Assembly: GCF_000372725.1 (NCBI RefSeq)
Contig: NW_005202427.1
Span: forward strand, 558,001 to 622,000
Direction: 5' to 3'
From: Emiliania huxleyi CCMP1516
Taxonomy: Eukaryota
Length of the DNA: 64,000 bases
Of the stretch, positions 48,445-59,500 are shown one piece after another; positions within the stretch are counted from its first letter, which is position 1; each line of letters opens with the position of its first letter. The notes under the pieces were generated by a model. The model ran no database searches. It worked only from the letters and a program-made list of their open reading frames with translations, and was not told where the DNA came from. Both the position numbers and the translations under genes were made by a program.

Positions 48445-49142
48445 CTCTCCTCTTGTCTGTGCTGTCTGCCTGACTCAGGCACTCAATCTGCCGATGCGTG
48501 ATTGTGTGTGGGCTGCTCCGAGGGGGCCCTGTGCGATCCGACGGGTAGGGGGTCTGTGCCCGGGCGGTGTCCGGTGTGGAGTCCCCTTCTGATCCCGCCT
48601 GGAATGTTGGGTGTGAGGTCGTGGAAGCTTCGATCCCAAGGGGGGGAGCCGAGCCCACTCATAACCAACTCTCAGGGGCAGTAGGTGGGCGAGCTTCAGG
48701 CACGCTCATCTCGATCGTCAAGACGTCGCTACGCGCGGTCTTCCGCGGGGGGAGCTGCGTCGACGGGTGCGGGACCGCGGCGCAGTCAGTGCCGTGGCGA
48801 TGCCTCCGGCTGTTTGCGGCGGGCGGCTTGCTGCTCGCTGCATGGCGAAAAACTCGTCTCGCCACACGCCAAGGGCTTATGCTCTGGCGAGACGTGAGGC
48901 GCATGCGCCCAGGAGGGGAGGGGGCATGTGTAACGACACTGCTAGAGATGCCTTTCGGGGCCCAGAGATAAAACTTCTGTGATGCCATGCGTGACCTAGT
49001 AGTGTCCCCAGCTATGGGCGTGTCCACGTTGGAGCCAGGTGTGGTGTGGGCGCGAGAATAGCTCCGCCGTTCATGGAGGCAACCGATGCGAGTCGACTGG
49101 TGTGTGTCGTCGTGGTTTCGTATCAAGAATACTCACTCACAC
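44353..49142 (-). mobile_element. CRE-like (RLE-type) non-LTR retrotransposon, about 4.8 kb
   Basis: 12-bp direct repeat TGGAATCCCGTG at 44341-44352 and 49143-49154; (GA)n(CA)n 3' tail; internal RT+RLE ORF. Confidence 0.8.
44456..47584 (-). CDS. Reverse transcriptase + restriction-like endonuclease ORF, N-terminally truncated
   Basis: RRPLGMCEKWR, DDISAMYQWTSR, GGCQGDG, TADD, CLPKT, VGGTFLG; C-terminal GDHCL..HRHN, IPDMI, WEFK. Confidence 0.85.
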   Translation of the reverse strand: MAVSHTHGATARDLLAGGIRAALAAKVCPLTGEIKGRRPLGMCEKWRCLLWAIINRACRKGFERNFTEPAPEDVQDHQRRIDTAEADVLAAELQHEAATAVSGNDPSAAGLRARASRTAAALAAARDALAAASRPLKFVTNWCFSSKGTEKLARLVRGWTEHAPRHGIVSDDISAMYQWTSRWAGFAFLRRRFPSLLAIFRFFYYSVAATAAKIWFGGSTVPVNFGPDGRAVLGDHRSQHVLRSVDGGCQGDGGATILCVGAMHESCRECQRLNPDVDMTATADDFYASGSMIPPSAEGDGGDDDMGRMSSLSTESDDSGIPPLFKCYNDKRRLCKRDCNLDSCLPKTNLYSSAGNLSAAPADIPGSPNYVDASDPARQERLRRRLTVFKVGGTFLGDGDACASALLELMRAKLEKPLSYIVRMRDSGRVRHARLLQLQLVRLCACSIPNHWMRTMPPTQTEGAAAFADEATGNAAALILDFGRSPGDRAALARTRAKQTGKNGGIGMSDYARRRFPSFLASAVTSQRACARVYPALGEMSLTPPNTATATALVAAHGVIDSALADVRTRHAALDEQVRHWVDGATRSAYHPHLKRGFQLPPLAALLGDADGTSSSCLSQHSLSAVVNNGAWLVAKDACDSFDSHNAGATVPHREATSLISHSQVGSGAWLLRLPDATVPRSIIPSDTFLSACQHRLGLYLTALDDVYNALEERGVTVTQHQRLGDHCLNSANATHRHNAALAAVHRALTSVTSDALPVGSIQLADKGDGTPASKAERRGYYAHVNKGHIPDMIRFGSTTTCWEFKCYTPFLPSGAKGNGSARCGGAASRADGHFIALGNTEEHLSVVVLGHPQRGDPDTEEQLDRVSGDGWVAAKDGDYADALAKGHTVILLVTESTGAFSADLDRVLRRLARTARASGSIDHTPYGTSRASTRSHYTFHSAAISAAIVTADALTIQNSAAALGFELTLDPRDLARRSTSGPRPPLRSAPPPPPAPLAATAARPPMRPTPPSFPDPALNAPDSEARAARGTPTDSASDPRA

Positions 49143-49493
49143 TGGAATCCCGTGCCCCCTTTTCTTTCTTATCGAGAGAGAGAGTTCTTTTTTTTCAATT
49201 CTTTCTTAACAACCAATCTTTCTTGCGACTGGGCCGAGAACCAAGTCGTTTCGCGCGGTTTTCTCTTTTTTCGTTGGGATCTTTTCGTTGCTGAAATTAT
49301 TTTTTCGCTAGAGATTCAGAAGGACACAGTACATACACACAGCAAGGTGTAGCTATTGTTGGCAAAACAAGACACAGGAATCACACAGAATCACAGCGGG
49401 AGGAAAGCGGCGAGTCGTCATTCCTGGGGTCCTTGCAAGGTGAGGTGAGCCCCCCCCCCCCCCCCCTCGACATACCCAATAACGGCGTGCGCG

Positions 49494-51732
49494 CTACTCG
49501 CACCAGTCGCGCATGCGCTCGAAGCGGACGGCGGGCACCGACGCGCCGTCCGCGCGCGTCACCTCGAGGCAGACCTCTGCGGAGTAGGTCAGCGTGCTGC
49601 TGTTCCACACCGACACCTCGCGCCGGTGCCCTCCCGCCGACAGGAGCGTGCCGCCGTGCTCGTCCGGAAGCATCAGCCTCGCAAAGGCCGGCCGCATCAC
49701 CTAAGTGAGGTAAGGTAAGGTCAACGTCTCCACACACACAAGGTGGCTGTCCCTCGCATCTCCGCGCCCGGGACACGGGTAGGAGCTGGCACGGCATTCA
49801 AAGTGCAAGCACCGGCCCGGTGCCGTGGGTGAGCGACCTGCACCCCACTCCCTCCCTCCCTCATCACCTGTGTGGCGGCGGCGTGTGCCGTCCTCCCATC
49901 CCTCCCTCGGGCGCGTGTGTTTTTCTTTCTGTTCACCGAGCGGTGAAAGTCGGAGAACACCCACGCGCCCTGCCATATCTCCCCATATCTCCCCATACCT
50001 CCCCATATCTCCCCATATCTCACCGAGTGGTGAAAGTCGGAGAGCACCCACGCGCCCTGCCGCCCGCCGACCAGCGCGTTGCGCGCCGCCGCCTCGGCCA
50101 CGTACGCCTCGCGAGATACATCATTGTGAAATATAAAATAGTCTATCATGATGTAGTATATCGGTGTGGTTTTATCGAGATGTATATCGTACGCCTCGAG
50201 CGCGGCGAGCGAGCGATAATTATTATTAGTATTATTAATTATATAATATCTCGTACGCCTCGAGCGCGGCGAGCGAGCGCGGACCGTGACGCACCGAGCC
50301 GACCTGTGCAGCGAAGGGACCAGCCGTGAAGAGACGCCGTTCACGGCTCCTCCGGCGAGGGCGAGCGGCGCGGCCGCCTGCTCACACGGCTGCAGCTGTG
50401 AAGAGACGCCGTCCACGGCTCGCCGCCCGAGCCGCAGCGACGCTTCACCCAGCGGTGTGTCACCCGCGCGCCCAGCGCCCAGCTCGAGCGGCGGTGCATC
50501 TCGTCGTCGAGACGCTTCCCCGCCTCCTCGCACTGGCGGTGCAGGTACTTTGCCGCGGCGGCAGTCAGCTCGTCCGAGCAGAGCTCGCGGAAGGGGACGA
50601 TCGGGAGGGCCTATTCACAGCAGGGGGTGTGAATAGAGAGCTGTGAATAGCTCGCGGAAGGGGGCGATCGGGAGGGCCTTTGGGGAGGGGGAGGGGAGGT
50701 GCGGGGAGGTGAGGTGCGGGGAGGGGGAGGGGAGAGGGAGGGGAGGGGAGGGGAGGGGAGGGGAGGGGAGACGAGGGTCTCACCTCCCACCAGTCCGGGG
50801 TGAGCTGCTTGCGCGAGCTATTCACACATCTCTATTCACACCTCCCACCAGTCCGGGGTGAGCTGCTTGCGCGAGGCCCAAAAGGTGCGCGACTGCTCTC
50901 GCACCGCGCCGAGCATCTGCTCGAACGAGCCCGCCTCGCACCCCATGCTGCCGCCTCCGTCGGCCGCGCCGACCTCGAGGTCGGAGGTCAGGATGAAGAG
51001 CGCCCTCGAGGCAGGCACCAGCTCCGGTTCGGTGGCAGATGTTCGGAACTCGGGCACGGCGCTGCCGCCCACACCGCAGAGCAGCTTGCCAAGCCGGTCG
51101 AAGGCGGCGGCGTCGGCGAGGCGTCCGACGTCGTCGAGGACGATGACGGCGGCAGGGTCGCGGAGCAGCTGGTGCGCCACCGCATGCTCGAACGCCTCCA
51201 CCTCGCTCAGGCCCGACCCGCGCGAAAACTTGTGCAGCCGCACGCCGCACTGGCCCGGGAAGGGCGCGCTGGCGCGGAAGGAGCGGTGCCACGCGGGCAG
51301 CACCGAAGGGAGCACCTCCTGCGCCCGGTCCACCGCGGAGGCGGCCACCGCCGCGCCCGCCGCGCAGCCGAGCGTCGCGCCGAGCGGGCCGAGCGCGAGG
51401 CCGAGGCTGCCGAGCAGCGCACACGAGGTCGAGGCGAGCCCCAGCTGAGCGCGCGGGTACCGCTCCTCCTCCCACTCCTCGAAGGCCGCGCTCGCGATGA
51501 TCTCCGCCAGGAACGACTTGCCGGAGCCCGACGGACCCGTGAAGTGCAGCACCCAGTCGGCACACGTCGCCCGCGGCGCGAGGCCGACATACGATTCTAG
51601 CGCGCGGCGCACAAAGTTCCAGGCCTGGTGCTGCCCCACGTAGTCGCGGCGGGCGCGCGCCTCGAAGCTGCGCCGCACGTCCTCGCCGGCGGCGGCGTTG
51701 GCACAGGGCATCGGCACGGGCAACGGCCGCAC
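49494..51732 (-). CDS. Torsin-like AAA+ ATPase, multi-exon; 5' end unresolved
   Basis: YVGQHQA; VLHFTGPSGSGKSFLAEIIA (Walker A); VIVLDDV (Walker B); ALFILTSD (sensor 1); IVPFREL in a later exon. Confidence 0.7.
49709..49835 (-). mobile_element. Diverged copy 3 of the (TTACC)n-tailed repeat, inside the last intron of the torsin-like gene
   Basis: Shares GGTAAGG, CTCCACACACACAAGGTGG and CACGGCATTCAAAGTGCAAG with copies 1 and 2. Confidence 0.6.
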
Positions 51733-52559
51733 GGGGGAGGAGGACGGGGGGGGAGGCGGGGCGCGGGGACCCCCCCGGGAGAAGCGGGCGTCCTTGTACG
51801 GAAATGATTTTTTATCGGCGGTGATGGTGGTGGTGGGGAAGGTGGTGGGGAACGTGGTGGTAGTGAACTTGTGGTGATGGTGGCGGCGGGGACGATGGCG
51901 GTGGTGGGGAGGGCGGAGACGATGGCGGCGGCGACGTGGGCGGCGGAGGCGAGGCAGGAGGCGGCGTGGGCGGCGTCGGCGGAGGCGCCGGTGGTGACGG
52001 CGTGGGCGGCGGAGGCACCGGCGGCGGCGGCGTGGGCGGCGGAGGCGACGGCGAGGTGGAGGGCGGCGGCGGCGTGGGCGGCGGTGGGGCAGGTGGCGGC
52101 GGCGTGGGAGGGGCTCCCCACCCTTTTGCGCAGCAACACCTTAAACTTTTCAGGCCCTCCAAATTCGGGTCGGAGCGTAGGGAGTGGGCCCCGAGTTTTT
52201 GAAAAGGGCGACAGACGCTTGCGTCCTAACCTCCAACAACGCCCGTGCGTATACAAAAAAAGAAAGTCCGCGAGCGTGACGCCATCGGCCGACTCCGACG
52301 CCCTTTCCGGCCGCGAAGAACCCTCATTGCGCGCATGCTGCCAACGAAGTCCACGCCGTTCGTCGCTTTGTCGTCGGGCAAGGCCTCGCCGCTCCTCGGG
52401 GAGAGTGAACCCGAGGAGCCGTGGTTCAAGCGACCAAACACAAAAAGGCGTGCTGACCCCTCCAGCGAACGCTGCGCGCCTGCCCGCCGTGCAGGGGCCC
52501 TGCGCTCCTGCACCATTAGAACATAGATCCTGCACAGCCTCAATCCACCCCAATGCCAT

Positions 52560-53501
52560 GTGCGCACCGAGCCGCCCGGCTACTTCCACAGGCTGCTCGT
52601 CGCGGGCGCGCTGCTGGCAGCCACCTGCGCGCTTGCGCTGATCGGCGCCTCCCCAACTCTCGCCTCCCCAACTCTCGCAGTGGCTGAACCGCCGAAACCC
52701 TTCGTCGACGCTGCCCATGCCGCGTCCGTCTCGCCCGAGGCTGCCAAGGCTGGCTTTGCCTCGGCGGTAAAGGCGATGCAGGAGGGAAAGAGTCCTGCGG
52801 AGGCCATGCGAGCGGCGGAGAAGGCGGCCGAGAAGGCACAAGAGGACGCGGGCGCAAAGAGCATGCTGCTCGCGGCCGACCCATCCAAGATGCCGGACAC
52901 CAAGCCGTTTGTCGACGCCGCTCACGCGGCGTCGCGCTCGCCCGAGGCGGCCAAGGCTGCGGCCGCATCGGCGATCAAGGCCATGCAGGAGGGGAAGAGC
53001 CCGGCAGAGGCGATGCATGCTGCCGAGAAGGCGGCCAAGGAGGCGCAAGAGATGGTCGGCTGGGCGTCGGCCAAGGAAATGTCGTTGCTGACGGTTCAGG
53101 GAGGCAAGCCGGGTGATGACAAGGACGAGGCAGACGAAGACGAGACCGACAAAGACGAGAGCGAGGAGGAGAAGAAGAGCGACGAGCAGAAGGAGTGGAA
53201 GCGGATGGGACAGGCAATCGGCGATGACTGGAAGTCAAAGGGGCAGGCAATCGGCGATGACTGGAAGTCAAAGGGACAGGCAATCGGCGATGACTGGAAG
53301 TCAAAGGGACAGGCAATCGGTGATGACTGGAAGTCAAAGGGACAGGCAATCGGCGATTACTGGAAGTCAAAGGGCAAGCAGATGGGCGATACCGACTGGA
53401 AGGCCTTGGGTGACAAGATGAAGGACATGGGCAAAGACGCCCAGGAGACCGGTGGGTGGTCGTGGCCGTCGTTCGAGAAATTCTGGAACCCCTGCCACTA
53501 A
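52560..53501 (+). CDS. Probable secreted repeat protein
   Basis: Hydrophobic signal-like segment; duplicated KPFVDAAHAAS...EAMxAAEKAA; acidic tract; five KGQAIGDDWKS-type 11-mers. No in-frame ATG; the ATG at 52558 is out of frame. Confidence 0.7.
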   Translation: MRTEPPGYFHRLLVAGALLAATCALALIGASPTLASPTLAVAEPPKPFVDAAHAASVSPEAAKAGFASAVKAMQEGKSPAEAMRAAEKAAEKAQEDAGAKSMLLAADPSKMPDTKPFVDAAHAASRSPEAAKAAAASAIKAMQEGKSPAEAMHAAEKAAKEAQEMVGWASAKEMSLLTVQGGKPGDDKDEADEDETDKDESEEEKKSDEQKEWKRMGQAIGDDWKSKGQAIGDDWKSKGQAIGDDWKSKGQAIGDDWKSKGQAIGDYWKSKGKQMGDTDWKALGDKMKDMGKDAQETGGWSWPSFEKFWNPCH

Positions 53502-54333
53502 GCAGGTCAGTTGAAAGCTTCACTGCACTTCTGATCTCTTGGCTGTCCATCTACGAGCAACCACGTCCAAGAGCTTTGATGACGGACGCGTCCGGGAGCG
53601 TAGCCGCTCGAGTAGTCATGACTTCGAGTCATGATATGTTGCATGCGGCATGTGCCCAGCTAGTGCACAAGTACGGTCTGGGAAGCCTCGCACGATGTTG
53701 ATCACGTTTTCACGAATCGTTTTCACATGTTTATGATCTACTGTTTCTACATGAGCCATGACTGTATTGTGTATTGAGAGTAATATATTGTGGCGCACAC
53801 TGTCACAGTGACAGCTCACACCGCAGTCACTTTCCACGCTCCGAGTGTGGAGAACCAGCTCCACGTAGAGACCTCGGGATTATCTACTCCGGCTCCGGCT
53901 GGTAGTCGACAAGCTGCCGAGCTCAAATCACTGTGTGTGACACATTTCTTGTTGGCTTCTAAAAATCTCTCTGAAAGCGAGCTGAGGTTGCGACGCCGCA
54001 GGCGACTCAGCACTCTGACAGCACGGTGACACGAGCGAGCTGTCAGCTGAGCAGCGGCGGGCGTCGCCATCCCCCCGAGATGCCATCCGTGCAATTTACG
54101 CACACGCCCACACTTCTCGACACTCGAGAAGTCGAGTCGCGCGCCGCGGTGTGTGTCGGCAGTCGGGACGCGCGCGGCGCGGCGGCTGGGCGTACTGAGG
54201 TACTCGTTAGACGCGTTACTCGGGGTGCCACACGCGACACGGTTGCGAGCGGGCGGCACCCCCGCGCTGATCGGATAATTGTTGTTCACTAGTACAGGAA
54301 CTACAACATAGAGAGCGATCGCATCGCGTCTCG

Positions 54334-56498
54334 TCAATCGTCCTTCGCCTGGCGGCCGCGCCCGCTGCGCCCGCCCGCCCGGCCGCGCGCCTTCTTCTTG
54401 GCGCTCGACCCGAGCGAGAACTCCTCGTCGGAGGAGTGCATCTGCGAGTCGTCGTCCGAGTCGCGCTCAAAGTAGCGGCCGCCGTAGTCGACGAGCAGCT
54501 CCGCGCCGCACGGCACGTCCGCGATCGTCTTGACGGCGATGCGCTTCTCGCCCGAGTTTGGGTCAAAGTGCGGCCAGAACTGCGCGTTGGGCGGCGAGCC
54601 CGTGCCGTGGTAGTCGTTGAGGAAGCGCGCCTCGTTGCCCGCCAGGTTGGCGTCGACGTCGATGTAGGTCTGCGAGTCCTCGTGCGTGAAGAGGTTGAGC
54701 AGGTACGACGACGAGTTGGTGTCGTGCTCCTCGCCGGCGACGACGCGCACGTGCCCCGTGTAGTCGAAGAGCTCCTCGCCCTTGGGGATGTCCTGTTCAC
54801 AGCTGGAGGTGTGAAGAGGCGCTGTTCACACGAAGAGCTCCTCGCCCTTGGTGAGGTCCTCCCCCGCGTACAGGCCGTACGAGCCGCAGCACGGGTGCTT
54901 GCGCAGCGTGACCCGCTTGATCGTGGTGCGCCGCCGCCGCCGCACCGCCGACGGGTCCGAGATCTTGTGCCGGAAGAAGTGGAGCTCGGGCGGGACGTCG
55001 TCCCACAGCAGCAGGTGCGTGTACTGCAGCTCGGCGGGCCAGCCGTTCGGCGGCTTGAACCACGACCCGTCCGTCACCTCGGAGAAGACGGCCACGTCCA
55101 GCTCCTTGGCGAGCGCCTGCGGGCAGCGAGGCGCGGCTCGCGTCGGGGCGCCGAATCATCATTGTGGGTGGGTGGGTGGGTGGGGGGGTTTGACGGCCGG
55201 GCGAGCTTGCGCGCCGAGCTTCGGCCGCCGCGCTCGTCCTCCTCCTCCTCGATGCCCGCAGCCTTGAGCTGGCGCACGAGCGAGGCGACCCGCCGCTCGA
55301 GCGTCGCCGTGCGGCCTATTCACAGGAGGAGGTGTGAAGAGGCGCCGTTCACAGCAGGAGCAGCTCGAGCGTCGCCGTGCGGCCGTGCTGCGCCGCGAGG
55401 GCCGCCTGCCGCTCCCTCGCCACGCTGAGCATCTCCTCGTACCGGTGCCGCAGCTCGTCCGCCTGCGCACAGCGAGAGGCGTGAAGCGGCGCCGTCCACA
55501 CCTCGTGGCCCACGCCCGCAGCCAGCGCCCCTCGCCTCGGCAAACCCGCCACCCTGCGGCCCGCCCTGCGGCAACCCCTCGGGCCCGCCGGCCCGGGAGG
55601 GACGCCGCGCCGCCGGCCGCCCCCCCTCCTCCTCCTCCACCTCCTCGTCGACGGCCCCGTCCCCCTGCGCCTGCTCCGCCTCCTCCGCCGCCTCGAGCGC
55701 CTCCGCCGCGCCAGGCACGTCGAGCCTCACCCGCTCCAGCGCGCGCGCCCGCCGCCCGAGCAGCGCAGTCAGCTGCGACACACGCGCGCGCAGCTCCGCC
55801 CTCTCGCGCTGCAGCCGCTGCATCCCCATCGAGTCGAGGGCGGCGCGCTCCGCCCGCAGGTCGCCCGCGCCCACCGAGAGCTTGCCGCCCGCCCGCCTGA
55901 TCGCCGCGCCGCCCTCCCCCTTGGGCGGCGCTGGCACATACGCGTGCGAGTGGCTCGGCGCCTCGGCGCCCGAGCTGAGCCGCTCCACATTAGCGCCGGC
56001 GGCGGAGGCGGCGGCGATGGCCTGCGAGAGCTCGGCGGAGGGAGGATTCGGGTACCATGGGGGTAGGGGGTAGGGGGTTCGGTACCGTGGGGGTAGGGGA
56101 GGGTGGGTTCGGGTACCGGGGGGGTAGCGGAGGGGCGGCGATGGCCTGCGAGAGCTCGGCGGGCGGCAGCCGCGGCGCCAGGCTCGCCACAAGCTCGACG
56201 AGCTCCGCGAGCGCGCCCGCCGAGCGCACGCGGCCGGCGGCGGCGGCGGCGGCGGCGAGCGCAGCGGGGAGCGGCAGCACCCCCGCCTCGGCCATCCGCG
56301 CCATGGCGCCATTCGCCCGGCTGACGCGCGCGACGGCGCAGAGGGCCTGCGCCAACGGACGGGAGGGTCAGCGTGATGAGCAGGGGCGTGGGTGAACGGC
56401 ACGTTCAGACGGCCTGCACGAGGCCGAGCTGCAGCGTGCGCGTCTCCTGCTTGCTCACGCCGCCGCCGCCGCCGCCGCCGCCGCCCCCACGGCCGCCC

Positions 56499-56532
<34 letters not shown>

Positions 56533-59500
56533 TCGCGGCGCCGTCTCCCGCGTCACCAGCGGCGGCGAGCAGCTCGAGGGCGAGGGCGGCCTCGTCGAGC
56601 TGGGGCGGCTTGTGCTCCATCAGCAGCTTGTGCGCCGCGCGCAGCGAGGGAGCGTCGCACGAGAGGCGGCGGGCGGCAACCTCCTCGACCAGATTGATTA
56701 ATTAATAATTAATTAATTGATTAATTAATTAATTAGGCGGGCGGCAACCTCCTCGACCAGCCGGACAGTGATTAATTAATAATTAATTAATTAATTAATT
56801 AATTAAGGGTGCGGCGACCTCCTCGACCAGCCGGACGGTGAGGGGCGCGAGCCGCGCGGCGGCGCACCCGTCGAGGATGCGGGACGCCACGAAAGCGTCG
56901 AGGGGGAGCAGCGCGTCGCGCGCGTCCGAGGCGAGCGCGACCGCCTGCGGCAGCAGCTTGTCCTCCACGCATGCGAGCGCGAGGGAGGGGAGCCCGAAAG
57001 ACGCGTAGTTGCCGATCAGGCCGGCGGAGCGCGCCGCCGCGTAGACGCGGTGCGCGCGCCGGCCGTGCATCGCCGCCGCGAGCGCCTTTGTGAGGAGGGC
57101 GAGGCCCGGCTCGAGCCGCCAGCCCGGCTCGGAGGAGTGGAGCGACGCCACGCGCGCGCCCGGCGCGCCCGCGTGCTCGAGCAGCTCCTCGAAGACGTCG
57201 AAGGCGGCGAGGGGGCGGCCGGAGCGGAGCAGCGCGACCATCACCTCGCCCGCCTGCTTGGCGGAGAGGGGCGCCTCGAGCCTGCCCAAAGCGCCGAGCA
57301 CCTCCTTGGCTTGCGGGCCCATCCCGCGCGAGCAGAGCCGCTCGAGCAGCGGAGAAAGCACCCCGGCCGGCGGCGGCGCGCCCGCGTCGCAAACGTCGCC
57401 CAGCAGGCGGCACGCCTGCGGCAGCAGCAGCGCGCCCGTGTACGACCGGAGCAGCTCGATGGCGGCGCGCCGGAAGGCCTTGTCCGCCGCGTCGGCGTCC
57501 GCGTCGGCGGCGGCGGCGGCAGAGCCGCGCGACGCGCGCTTCCTGCCGCCGGTGCGGGCCGCGGCGAGAGCGGCGAGCCGCGCCTCGCCGAGGTGGCGGA
57601 AGAGACCTAGAAGGTTCCTAGAAGGTTCCAAGATCGTTCCTAGAAAGTGCGCCTCGCCGAGGTGGCGGAAGAGGCCTTCCGCGTCGGAGAGCATGCCGGC
57701 GCGGAGCGCGCCCGAGCAGAGCGCGGCGAGCGAGGGCAGCGGCACCGGCTCGCCCGAGGCGCGCAGCGCGGCGTACAGGGAGAGTGCCTGCGCCGTCGAC
57801 TCGGCCTGCTTGTGTGCGAGCAAGCCTCGCATCACGGCGAGGGTGAGGGCGGTGGTGCCTCCGCCCGCCGCCGTCGCGTGCTGCAGCATCGCAGTCGCGA
57901 GATGCGGCACGCCCGCCTAGAGGTAATTAATTAATTAATTAATTAATTAATTAATTAGCCGTCACGAGATGCGGCACGCCAGCCTAGAGGGAACGGCGGC
58001 GAGGAGGGTGGCGGCAGAGGGCTCGCCGTCGGGCGTGCTGCGGCGCAAGGCTTTCCTTGAAGAGCCGCGCGGCGAGGGAGAGGAGGACGCTCTCGGGCGC
58101 ACCTAGAAGGTTCCTAGAAGGTTCCTAGAAGGTTCCTAGAAGGTTCCTAGAGGAGGACGCTCTCGGGCGCACCTAGAAGGTTCCTAGAAGGTTCCTAGAA
58201 GGTTCCTAGAAGGTTCCTAGAAGGTTCCTGGAGGAGGACACTCTCGGGCGCACCTCCGCCGTCGCACTCGGCGAGCATCCGCACCGCCTCGACGGCGCCG
58301 TCCCACCGCCCCGCCTCGCTCGCCTCGGCGAGCAGCCGCAGCAGCGTCGCGCGCTGCTCCTCCGCCTCTCCCCGCTCCACCTCCATCTCCGGGGGCACCC
58401 GCGCCGCCGCCGCCGCCGAGGGCGCCGCCGGCGCGGGCGCGGCGGCGCTGCTCTCCGCCTCCGGCTCGACCTCCATGGAGGTGGTGGCGGCGCCCTCCTC
58501 CTCCTCCTGGCCCTCCCCCGCCTCCTCCTCCTCGCCCCCCTCCTCGCCCTCCTCCTCACCCTCCTCCTCGCCCCCCTCCTCGACGGCGACCTCCGCCTCC
58601 TCCTCCCCCTCCGGGATCGGCACGCCGCGCTGCAGCAGCATCGCCCGGAGCTCAAAGGCGGCGGCCGAGACTCCGCCGGACCGCAAGCCTTGCAGCAAGC
58701 GGAGCGACGCCTCCGCCTCCTACGGCAGAGCAGGGCGGGTGAGAGGGAGGAGGAGGAGGAGGGAGGAGGACGTGCGAAGGGCGTGGCCGCCGGCTCGAAC
58801 CCGCGCGAGACGAGAGTGCGGTAGACGCCGAAGCCGGCGGCGGGCACGCCAGTGCGGCAGGCGGCGTCGAGAAGCGTCGCCCACACGTCGCCGCACTTTG
58901 ACGCGGCGAGGCGGGCGGCGGCGGGGTGAGTCGCCTCCCCGAGCCGCGTGAGCAGGCTGGCCGCATGCTCTACGCCGGCCGCCTGATGGGGGCACGCCGT
59001 GGACGTGTCATGGACTGTGTTCTCGGACAGGTCACGCCGCGTGGTCGACAGCGGCCGCCGACTTTGCGCAGGAGGCCAGCAGCGTGCCGAGCAGGGCGGG
59101 GCCTGTGTTGATTCACGGACTGACTGCGCCGATGAACTCGTTTGATGAAGTGACAGTCACTCGCGCAGCCTTCTCACAGCGAGGGCAGGGAGGGGAGGAG
59201 GGAGAGGGCTTAGGACGGAAGGGGGGGGAGGCCTGGAGTGGCGGCGGCGACGCCGGAGCAAGCGAGCGTGCTCATCACGCCGCACCTGCAGGGAGGTTCC
59301 AGGAAAGGTCCAGGAAAGGCCGAGGGTGAGGCGAGAGCGTGGGGCCCGCCCGCCGCCCGCACCCCTGCTCGGCGAGCCCGCACGACGCGCAGAGCTGCAC
59401 GAGGGCGGCGCCGTGCTCTCGGTCACCCGCGCCGCCGACGAGCCTCTCGGCGAGGGCGCGCCCGTGCGCGGCGAGCAGGCGCCGCACGAGAGACGCATCG

